Shown here: one piece after another, positions 10,501-22,500 of the stretch
How positions within the stretch are numbered: position 1 is the stretch's first letter
Layout: each line of letters starts with the position of its first letter
Assembly (NCBI GenBank): GCA_002633005.1
Contig: NMRA01000145.1
Location: forward strand, 811,200-849,632
Length of the DNA: 38,433 bases
Direction: 5' to 3'
Source of the DNA: Phoronis australis
Lineage: Eukaryota > Animalia > Phoronida
Position numbers and translations under genes: made by a program
Notes under the pieces: generated by a model
The model's database searches: none
Seen by the model: only the letters and a program-made list of their open reading frames with translations
What the model was told of the DNA's origin: nothing

Positions 10501-13500
10501 TGTACTCACGTTTCAATAAATTCCTTTGAGCCGACTATAATTGATCCTACGGGACAACCCAGTCCCTGCAAGAAACAGGGCAATAGTTCAATATAACGTG
10601 CCGTATTGTGAGAACCAGTTTGACGCCCGTTATTCAGCTGAGAAACTGGTTCCTAAAATTCGGGCACCTTATATCCGATCATTAAATGAAACAGAGCATG
10701 GAACTTAGAACTGGAAAACAGTTATCATAATGCAGGTATTAGTTTTAAGCAATTGAAAAAATTAAAATCCTATTGGCACATGTTAAGGAGATCGTAAACA
10801 CATCTTCCATCACAAAATACGACTTTTGATTTAAACCAATTACTGTCATGAAGTTGGTCTCAAACAGATCCCAAGACAAATTGGAGATCATTTCTTGGCT
10901 TCGAAAGAACATGATGCTGTTAGAGATCAAGCTCTGTAAGTCGACTTGTCATGGCTAATTCCTAGATCTTTGCAAACCCAGAAATAACTTCTCACCTGCC
11001 CAAGGACAGAGTTGAGAAAACACTCAAAGCAGTAACAGTACGCAGGTTCTAGAACATTCCAGAACTGTGACTCGCTACCTTCACAATGTCCCGGTCCACA
11101 AACCAACACACTCACCTTGGAAAAACAAACGTTGACGGAGTCGCAGTGCTCAACAATGACACTGGGTGGCACCGACAAGGCAGCAGCAGCGTTGAATACA
11201 CGTGCACCGTCCATATGGAGTAAGATTCCCTTGTCTTTACATACATCACTGACCTGCAGAGTAATGTGATGATGCAGAGTATAACTTTTTAAAAATAATT
11301 CATCGTAGGATTAGAATAGATCATCATGTTTTAAACTCATAAATGGTCAATATACTCCAGACATACGTGTGTATATTATTAGTGTACAACCACCATACGT
11401 TTGTCTTCTGATTGGCTAAAACACAGAAGGATCACTTTTATTATGTGGTGATATTGCCATTGCCGGGATATCCTTCATCAAAGTCAATAACAAAAAACAA
11501 GCATCAGGCTCATGCACACAGTGCGTTCTTTCTACACCTTGACAGTTAACAATTTCACATGATTATATTTTTGGAACAGTAACATAAGAACAACATTCTA
11601 AAGAAACAAGATTTTATTCTTAAGTCGCTTTCCCATTAGAAGCGAAACTTCACTTTTATCGAAGTTTCGGTAAGTGGGAAAGGTTAACTCCGGTAGTTAA
11701 TATGCAGGCAAAACTTCACTAAAAAATAGTAGGATTTGAAAGTGAAGCTTCAGCACTCACTGAAGCTTCAGTGTTGGGGAACACTAAAAGCAAAGCTTCG
11801 TCGAAGTTATCAGTAGAGGTTGCGGCAACAATATACGATCACGCCAGACAAGCAAAATATGTTCTTTGTTATTGTAGCGTACGTAGATGACGTGCTCTCA
11901 ATAGACGCACCTAAATAAATAAAAGAAAGCACAATGAAGAGTGACACTGACCAATAAACACTCGTAAGTGGCAGGGGAACAATTTTCAGTTAGCCTCGAA
12001 TCCACAACACAATATTCGTTTGAGAGTGCGAATGAATTGTCTGTTATCATAGCAAAAACTTATCGCTGTTAAGTGGGAAAGGAAAGGAAAGTTTCGGTGA
12101 AGCTTCGGTGAACCAAAGTTCCCCTAATGGGAAAGCGACAACAATTGTGTTTTTGATTAATAGTGATGTAAATTTGAGGAATGCTTCCCAATTTATTTCT
12201 TCGCCTTGACTAATTTCATAATGCCATGAAGGGTTATCTAATCACAAATGGTCAACTTCAGCCAGTCAAAAGGAATGGCTGATTTCATACACACTGCAGC
12301 CAACTGGTGAACAGTCACGTATCACAACTGAGGTAGAACAATGACTGACTCGACAGCTCTCACAGTCAGACTATAATGAAAAGAAATTGGTGCGAAACTG
12401 TTGCCTGCCAAAACGTCACTTCCGGAGTAGAGGACGAGAAATTAATCAAATTACGAAAAGCTGTAATTAAGTGAAGAATATGTCTGGGATAATCAACGAA
12501 CCTTATTTTTGCTAAAAGTGACATGAAAAAAGATTGCCTTTGCCTTTAACACGCTATCAGTATATCACACTGATGGAGCCCACTCATTTTCATTTTCCAT
12601 GTCAGTTTTCCAGGAGTAGCTTTTTCATAAAAAATACACACTCAATCAATAATCTAACCATAAAAAGTACACACTCGGTAAATTTCCTTTTATTTCCCAT
12701 GGGAAAATTTCCACAAGTATTTATCCTTGTTCATTTCCCATGAGTTTTCCAGGCATGGAAAGTATTTCTGTCATTATTCAAAGTTTCCATGTTCTTTGGG
12801 AAGACTGAGAAGATGAAAAGCCCCAAACCCATGGCCTCAGCCCTCACCTGTTTAATAAAGTCCAAGGGAAGGACCTTGCCACCACACTTGTTGTGAGAGT
12901 TCTCCAAGCAAACCACCCTAGTACACGGCTGGTGGGGGTCCGCACTAGACGCTCGAATTGCCTCTTTCAGCTCGTCTAGGCAAAACGTGCCGTCCTGCTT
13001 GTTGGGAATGCTGCGAGGGTTAACGCCACCTACCTGCACAGACAACAATTCTCCTCTTAAGGATATGTAGGAAATGGTCAAATTTGGTGGCTTACTTCGA
13101 AACACCATATCTCAGAAATGGCTGACTGGATTCATATCAAACTTTCGGGTACTATCCTTTATACATTGTTCTGCAAAACTCTGTTCCATTTATACATGAG
13201 AGGCTATTAAAATATGTCCCTTATGATTTTTATGAAAAAGCTCAAAAGTTGCATGAAACGAAGTGAAATGATAATTTAGAAAACTGTTACAGCATTTTTG
13301 AGATTTTATCTTGAACATTTATCAAGTGAAATTTGGTCAGTGTTATTGATACCGTTGTTTTGCTATTTATTAAATAAATGTACCTCATTATTATTGCTAA
13401 ATTTTACCAAAAGACATGTTCACATAACCCAATTAATAGCATACTGTTACAAAGTCAAAAATCTAATTCTACAGGCCTTCTGCATGTCTGTGGAAACGAT

Positions 13501-16500
13501 AATTTAATTGCTAAATTATATACACTTGGCTGGAAACAATAGATTTTTTAAAATGACAAGTTAGCATTTCTAATTCTACTTACTCCAAGATGAGAGCGAT
13601 ACTAGTAGCACGGTGAGATTTAAAATTGGCATGTGCTAAATCATGTGTACAACTGAGATACAGTCACTTAAAACTGGCAGGAAAACCAAGAGTAACACAT
13701 TAGTTAAACGGGAAATTCTTGACGGAAAATGTAATTTTGCAGAATTTAGCATATGCGGGAAACGGAACCCAATAACTAAGCAAAAGCAGTTGAAAGCTCT
13801 ACTGCCGAGTCAAATCCCAAGCGATCAATAGCAGAGTATTTAATATGCAAATTTATATGGTAAAGACATCAGTCTTGATTTAAGCAAATGTCTGGCGGAG
13901 AACAGCGGGAATTAGGGATTTTTAATAAAATCACAATGCACAACAGATTTGTTGTTTTTTGGCTCTCAGGTCAAAGCCAAAAACTTCAAAAGGCCTATTC
14001 TATTGAATAATCCCAAAATTGTATTTTTGATGGAAAAATGTCCCTTTAAAGCAATGGAGATAGAACATGTAATATTCATTACCAAATTTTATAAAACTGA
14101 AAAAATTACCCGTGTGGAGTCTGTCATTGAAACTACAATTATAATATATGACTATTTTCTAATGGAGTTGAGATGTCACCTCATTAATAAGTGTAAAGTT
14201 TGACATTTCTCATAATAACACCGAATGGTAAGGCAATTCTTCAGTTACTTCATACAAAAATACTGAAATTGTCACATTTAAAAGAAAATCATACTATTTA
14301 ATTTTGGGGTAAATTTGACAAAATAAATGTCAAGCTATCTGCCATTTGTGCGTTAAATAGATGAAAAATTACGACGGGACAAGCACATCTACTAACCCAC
14401 AAACTGAACTGAACAGAACTGAACTGAATCCAATCCAAGTATTGCTTTGAGATACGAGCCTGAGAAATACTCCAATTAAATAAAAGGTGCAAGGGGATGT
14501 TGCACTGTGATGGGTGACTTTTCACCACCAGCTTCCCTCAATGATGGCTGCCTTTGATGATGAAGCTCCCCTATAACATCGCTACCTGATCAGACAATAT
14601 ATTCGAGAAAATGTAAGCATTTATAACCATGCCATAAGCCTTTGAAAAAATAAAAGAGATCAATTTTGACAATTATCTTGTCCAAATTTAGTAAGATTTA
14701 ACACTACTCAAATTGAATTAAACAAAGTGTATTTTGTCAGTTTGAAAATTCTTGTAGAATTGCGATACAAAAAATTCTAGGAAATTGGGACATTTTCATG
14801 GAAGCTTCCAGCAAAGGGATCCTCTACACTCATGCAGGGTGGGATTTCATCTCTCCGACTCCCCCAAACAGGGAGGGGGTATTTTAAGTTAGCCAGCAGC
14901 ACGAAGTATAGTCATGCACCCCTTGGGGGATACAAAACACTCCAGACAGACACTCAATGCAGACAATTTATGACAACCAGTTAAAGCACCAGCATAAAAT
15001 GTGTAACAGATCTCTTCAACTCAGCTTGGTGCATAATCAGCTGGGTACATAATCATGGAGTTTGTTGTACATGCGGGTGCTATTCTAAACAATTACTGGC
15101 AACGACATGGTTTGTATAGCCGGCACTCTCTGTCAACATATGGTTATTAGCAAAATGCTGCAGATTTTGCACATAAATTGTATGCGAGTTGACTACTCAG
15201 AGTGACGAGGATCTCTGTTGGACTTCCATATAAAGACTTAGGTGAGATGTAATCAAAGAATTGTCTGTGAGAGTAAATTAAACCAAACAAAAGAAATTTG
15301 TTCAACGTGAGTGTCATTTTATTGAAGAAAAGTATAATACAAAAGCTTTTGTGGCTGCAATTGTGTGTGGAATACGCAGAGAGACTGTACTAGACGGAGT
15401 AGAAAGAAAACAGCTCATTTTCCGCTAATTGGAGAGCTGAAATCTACTAGGAGAGAATTTTTACAAACCATACGCTCTATTTATCGAGGAATTCTTGTAA
15501 AAGGAGATAAACACACTCATCAACTTTCCAACCGCCAAAAATTACATTTATAACCAGAAAATTAAGAAGCTGTCAATGCCAAACGTGAGCTGGATATCAC
15601 TGGCCTTCTTCTCAATTAGAACAGGAATTTATGTGAAAATAGTGTTTTCACGTGACTAAATACAATGCTTTAGAGTCAAACTGCTGGACAAGGACTTTGT
15701 GTTACAAACAGCATAGACTTTGAAACAATGACTGAGAAGGACATAGAAAAGACTTACCTGAGCTATCCCCCCTTGCTCGTACAGCACAATGTGTGACTTG
15801 TGACCTAATACAACTTCCAGTCCTCGACTATTACAGTGACTCATAACTGAAGTAAAGAAAACGGACGTGTGTCCATAATGCTGAGTATTTACCACTGTTG
15901 TACAAGGAAAGACATGAGCGAGAAAAAGGTGAGTGAGCCACTGCAGGGGCTCGTTCTAAGAAAACTTACTTAGCTAAAACAAGTCTTAAGTTTCAGTCAA
16001 TTGAATTTAAATTTGTCTCAAGTCCGTTTCAAGAGACCTTAAGTTTGACTTAAATTTTGACTTAAGTTTTGCCTTAATTTTGACTTAACTTGCTGGATGT
16101 GAAAGTTTCGAAGTTTGGAATATGAGACGAATCTTAGACCTAAGTAAAATGAACTTATCTGGAACTTGCACGCTAATTTCTTAGCTCTGTGATTGCTTGG
16201 TTAAATCAGTTACAAAAACAATCTGTATTACAAAGGGCAATAGCATATTCTTGGACAAATACTCAGTGCCACCTGCGGCTCCCATGTGATTTAGATGGGA
16301 TTCTACAGCATTTAAAAAAATCTTGCAGTCATAATGCTGTCAAACTACCACTGCTTTGGGATTGATTCATGCAAAAAGCCAGTGTCGCAAAATGTATGTG
16401 TAGGTGGCAGAAACAAATTGGTGTTTGAGCATTACTTTCAGTGAACACACAAAATATATTCTCTCTCCAGCTTCGTAATTTCTGTGATCTGGCAACAGTG

Positions 16501-19500
16501 CATGTAGATGGTAATCGTCGGATGTAACGTGGCCGAATTTTGAGAACCAGTTTTCTCCACTGAATAACAGGCATCAAACTGGTTATCAATATACGGGCAC
16601 GTTACATCAGACTATTGCCCATGTAGCCATTGACATCACACAGAAATGAAAATGTCCCTATACTCATATGATCAGCGCACTGTTTTTCGCACAGTAATTC
16701 AGTCATCACAGACCAAGAAAAGGTGGAAATAAAACTCTTTCTTAACCCAGCACTTCCTCTCCTAAAAAATTGAAATTAGATTAAAATACATTTTGGGCAC
16801 TGGTTAATTAAAACTATAAAATAATTTTCTTATCAGCCAGGACCATAAATCCTTAATTTGAAGCTGTGTTTACTTAAACAGGAATCAAATAAACATACTG
16901 TGATCCTGGTTATCCCCCATAATGAACATCAGTCTGACAAATTCAAAAGGCTGATTGTTGGTGAGGACAGCCAATGGATTCACAAGCCTCTGCCAAATTG
17001 AAAGACATTTTACAGATGCTTTCCCCACCTCAAGAGCTCAGTGAGAAGTTACTTCTGTGCTCGAATTACTTCACATTTATATGTTTTGCAATGCCATTAA
17101 CTATGATTTTTCATTGCAAATCTGGTTCAGTGGGAAGACTGGCCATAAAACACAGTTGCTTATTATCACCATTTTCATTAATGAACCCTCACGTAACATT
17201 TTGCCTAAGTATGCCTACACAAAACAATATTATGAACGTCAACTAGCAACATTATACTCACTTGAGACAAGATTTCCCATAGTTCCACTGGGGACAAAGA
17301 GAGATGCTTCTTTCCCTAACAAAGCTGCCATTTTTGACTGGAGCTCTGTAATGTGGAACACAGCCTGTGACAATGTGATATTCTCATGAAATTACAAATT
17401 CTCAAATTCTCTCAGGCTAATTTTTTAATGTAAAAGCTCAACTCTTTTTGTTAGCCATATCACGATGATTAAATGTCCATTTTCCAGAACACCACAGCCC
17501 ACCCCTCTGATTCTGCGGTATTTACCCGCAATGCGACACACATCTGCATAACAGTAGCTACAATATATAGTGTGGTATCTATAATGAAAAACATGAAACA
17601 AAAAATTCACTTGTCCACAATAGTGCCCTTTTATTTGAAAATTTATGTCGAGATGACTACTATGAACATAACAAAAATTTGAGGAAAAATTGTTAGTTTT
17701 TCTCTTGGCCAAGAAACAAAGTCAAAACAAAAACAAAAAATCGAAGACCAATTTTAAAATATAGCTGGTCTAATATTTCTTGTTTTACGACAGATTTAAA
17801 GTTGCTAGACCCGAGTTAAGTAAAGAAGATGAAGAAAATTTAAACCAAACCATTTTTTGTTCATCAATTGAAACACATCATGACCTCTGAATCAGGTACA
17901 AATCCTCACGTCCTACAGTTCTTTAACAATTATGGCGAAAACGTAATCGGCGCTCTAGAAAAAATCTGAAACATCGGCTGTCAAACGCCATTTCTGGAAA
18001 AATTCAAACTTTGGGAACACTTGAGGAGGGAGTGTGGCCTGGTTGATAAGTGCCCGCTTTCTTCACTAGAGGTCGAGGGTTCGAGTCCCACTCAGTCACA
18101 CTGCTAAACCCTTGAGCCAGGTTTCTAGCTCCTCAGCTCAGTATTATCCATACATTAATAAAGCATAAAAATAGTGATCAATGCAATGGGCCCACATGCG
18201 AGGCCTGGTACAACGAGTATCAGACCACCTGCAGTTATTTTTTTAACACTCGTAAAGTCAATTTCAATTCCAAAACATTCATAACCAATTGTAAAAACAA
18301 AGATTCAGCAACTTTAACTAGACAGTAGGGTACTGTGATAACCAACCATTAACTGTGGGGTCTTCTCCAAACACGTCATCACCAACTACAGCGCATGCCA
18401 TTGCTTCCCTCATTTCTTTGCTGGGTTTTGTGATCGTGTCGCTACGGAGATCAACTTCGTGGTAAATCCCTGCCGTGAAATGACTCCTTGCGGGTGCCTG
18501 CTGCATCTTATTAGGAATGGTGACAATGTTGATTCTAAAACAATGACACATTAAAATGTCTCAAGCAGAGCTACTTCATGGGCTATCATTCGGGGGGAGG
18601 GAAGGCGGGGGGGGGGGGAGGCACAGTAAAATCTCACCTATTTAGGAGACTATATGGCGGAAAAAGGAAATTTCATTACCTCATTTTTTCATAAATGAAA
18701 TACAGTACCCTGAATGATGCTTGGCCATATCGAAGTTCTGTACCATAGCTACCAACAAATAATATTTTGAAGGGTTTTATGCATATCATAACGATGTCCT
18801 TTAAATATGAAAAAAATTGTAATTTTGGCTACTATCATTGTACAAAACTGATGAGATTTTACCATAATAGAATGCCACGACAGATGGATGTTCAGGCTAA
18901 ATTCCTTACCAAAGCATCGTCAAAACCAGCAAACACACTTCTGAAAGTTACTTATTGTGATGATTAAAAAATTTATTAAGTGCATTCCAAAGACATCCAG
19001 GAAGCAAATAATTAAGAGTTCATACTTACAAAAAAGAGCACAAAATTTCAGGGCACGATATCCTTTATCCTTGATTTATTCAAAACTACTATGGCGCCAG
19101 TAACACGGTGCGACCGACTATCTCTCACTATCCATACATGTCAATGAAGATGATAGTTATCATCCCTTCATGGTGAGGGCCAAACTGATAATTGGCCACC
19201 ATGTTCATGTTGTTAAGATCTGCATTAGAATGTTCATGTATACCTTTTGTGAACAAATGGCAAGACCAGAGTGGACTGTAATATCGGTAGTTGTAGGTGT
19301 ACTGAGATAATTGCTTTCCCACTTACTTCAGAATCCCACGGATTTTGCGCAAATTTTTTACAAGAATTATTTCCACTTACCTGTGTGTGCCCATGTTCTA
19401 TAGCCCCTATGGCTGGCCATGACATTTGTGACATGAATAACATTACTGTACTCAATTAATTGAATACCTAAGTGTCAGAGCATCATAGACTACAATACTG

Positions 19501-22500
19501 CCATTAAAAAAGAGTGCAGGTGGTTTGGAGCAGTCTGAATTTTAATTGAGTAAACAAAGGTCACCTCACAAATAAATAAATTTTCCCAAGTTTAATCCTG
19601 CGAAATTTGGTGGAGGTCAAAGAGTCACAGCAAATTTATGTCCCAATGCAATTTTTTTTCAAAGTAGTGAAAATTTGCCTGAAAAAATGATGGAATTATG
19701 GCAGGCAATTTTCACATGGAAAGAGCATTTTCTAATAAACTTCAAGTCTTCTCTGGACTGCAAATAAATCACGTGACAACTGAGGGCCTTTGACCCAATA
19801 AAATGAAAATTTATTCAGCATTGGCTAACATTAACCAAATCCTTTCATACTGTAAACTACCTTTCTATAGGCTTTCAAATTACTCAGCTCCAAAAATTGC
19901 CTTTCCTGACAAATAATATTGCCCTAAAATATGGCATTTTCAAACATCTCCATGTTTACTTACAATATCAAAGGAGGTAGAGTAGACTTCGACTTGGTTC
20001 AGCATACTAGATACAGATAATTGGCTGGGTGATATCAAACTGGGGTATAAATGATAATCTGTCTGACAAGTGCTTGTCACACTTGTGCTAATGCTACTAT
20101 ATAAGCTGTGTGTTTTACGACCTCAATAAATTAAGCACTGTGCCTAAATTTGTAAAGTATCCTTCACTATCTCTGTTTGGTAACTATAGAGAATTTACTA
20201 AATTTATAATTTTCATTGAAGTATTGAAAAATACAAATCACACTATTGAGATTTTTTTCAACTAAAAAAACTTCTTCCATAAGTCAGACACATCAAACAG
20301 AGCTTTCTTTGAATGCTTGTGTACTTTTGTTGCAACCACTTTGAAAAAATTCAACATCATTAACAAAAATTGTGGACCTAATTGAACTATCATCATTCAG
20401 TTCTACACGGTATCTGGAAATGGACATGTACAAACTAGGTTATGAAAGGATACACCACTGCATCTAGACGTGCAACCAGCACATAACAAAGCAGTTACTT
20501 CCAACACAATATACAGAATTCATTACTTTCTGCAAAATGAAAATCAGGAAAATCAAAAACAAATTTATGATTTCACAACAAAAATCAAGGGATCAACTTC
20601 ATATATTATACAAATCCCTGTAACTAGATTTTATACATAAACTGCCATAACAACAAATCATATCAGAAAGAGCCGATCTGAATCATATGAATATGCTTTA
20701 TGTATTGTACTGTTCTGCAACTGAAAATGCTATTAAGAATTTTTTTTAAAAACCTTTCCACTTTTGCATGGGGGGCTAGCAAAAGAGGACTCAAATGATT
20801 TTCATGGAAAAGCTTTCAATTTCCATAAATCAAAAAAGAAATGATATTTAAGAAAACTGTATCAGCAGTTTTAAGATGTCACGATGAACATTTATATCAA
20901 ATAAAATTTGATCATGTTTATTGATATGGTTATTTTGCTATCAATGTACGTTGATCTCTTTTTGAGTAGAATTGAAAGACATGGGCTGTCACCTGATGTC
21001 AAGTTGCTGTTGGTGACTGTTGTAATCAGATTTAACAGGTTTTAAATTCATCCAATGCTGAATAGATGAACAACTTCTCCATTCAATATTTCTGCACACC
21101 TCAGCAGACAGACTAGTTCATTTCAAGTGAGGAGGGTTCAGACTGAATGTAGAACAAGAAGTGATACCAACTGCAACAAAAGTTGTCAAAGAAACATAGT
21201 GCAATCAGTTGCCTAACTTAGCAATTAGCCATCTTTATGATACATCATCATATCCCCTGGTGAGAGCAGTATAAAAATGGCCAGTTGCTGATTTGAACAA
21301 CTGAATGAGAGACTGCTTAAAAAAGTTTGATTGCGGGAGTATCTGTTCGATCCCGGAGGAGTTAAAGACACCAACGGCCTCCTTAGACAATGACCACCAT
21401 CTCTATTGTCCTTAGAGACGGTGAAGTGCTTCATAGGCCATTAGCTTTTCTGCGAATTATGTCTCACACTGATTAAAACACCAGGACTGCTTGAATGAAG
21501 GTTTGCTTGACAAAAAGTTAGACTATGGGAGTATTTGCTCAAGTTCGAAGGAATTAAAGACATCGACGGTCTCCTAAGGTTCCTTCTATGCACAAAAGGT
21601 ACTTGCATAACTCCCCGAAAAAGCTTCCAGCATATGAACCATTCCTCCTATTCACCTATTTCACGAAAGCGCCATCTTCCCGCGCCATCTTTAAATACTG
21701 ATCGAAAACGAGGCACACTGATAAAACCTCATGAGCGGTCATCAGCTGGCCTTGATGGTGTACTGTGCAGTGCCTGAACGTACCAATTCCAACTCGTCAG
21801 TATCCTTCCCAGGGATATACTTAGCCACTCGTTCAGTCGCCAATGCGAGTAAAAATGGTGCTGGGCGAGTAGAAGTTGACTTGCCGGTCGCCCAGGTGGC
21901 GAGCGAATTTCAAAGCGCAAAAGCACTATATATCGTTTCCCAGATGAATATGAATAATTTTCCTCCTCCTTGTGCTGTTTTTATCATGAATTTAAGGTTC
22001 AGTTTGGTCATCATGCTACGGCAGTAAAAAACATCGGCGCAGTGCGACCCTACCGATTCAGTACATGTCACCCGTTACGCGATTCGTCAAAAAAATCACA
22101 GTGTGTGGTCGTGCACAAAGAATTTGTGGACTAGTCCGAAACGAAGAAAAGGGGAGAAAGGTGGAAGACCGGTCCATGTGCTCATAGCAAATGAATTACC
22201 ATATTTCTTGGAACTGATTCCTTTTTGCAATGTACAATGTCATTTTAGCCAAAATTATTTTTATAACGTAAGCGCCCATGCCCCTATAAGCGTACCCGCT
22301 CGTTTCCAGACTTCGCTAAAATAAGCGCCCAGTCCATTTGTGCGAAAAATGTCTTACCTCACAGTTCTAAAATTCTCCAGTAATGTATTCAATTTATCAA
22401 TAATATCCGACAGTTCTGAAAAATCATTGTGCGCGGAATTTCTAGTAGACCACGAGCCTCGCCCCTTTGTCGGTATTTAGCCGTGGCTGTTTGGTACACT

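Noticed and set aside
18023-18100. Functional tRNA
   Set aside because: A and B boxes are present but there is no cloverleaf, and it continues into a SINE body and tail.
19964-20006. Extra THA1 coding exon (ATG CTG AAC...GAT ATT|gtaagt on the minus strand)
   Set aside because: A phase-0 donor puts exon 2 out of frame, and the compatible frame contains TGA. At most a non-coding alternative exon.
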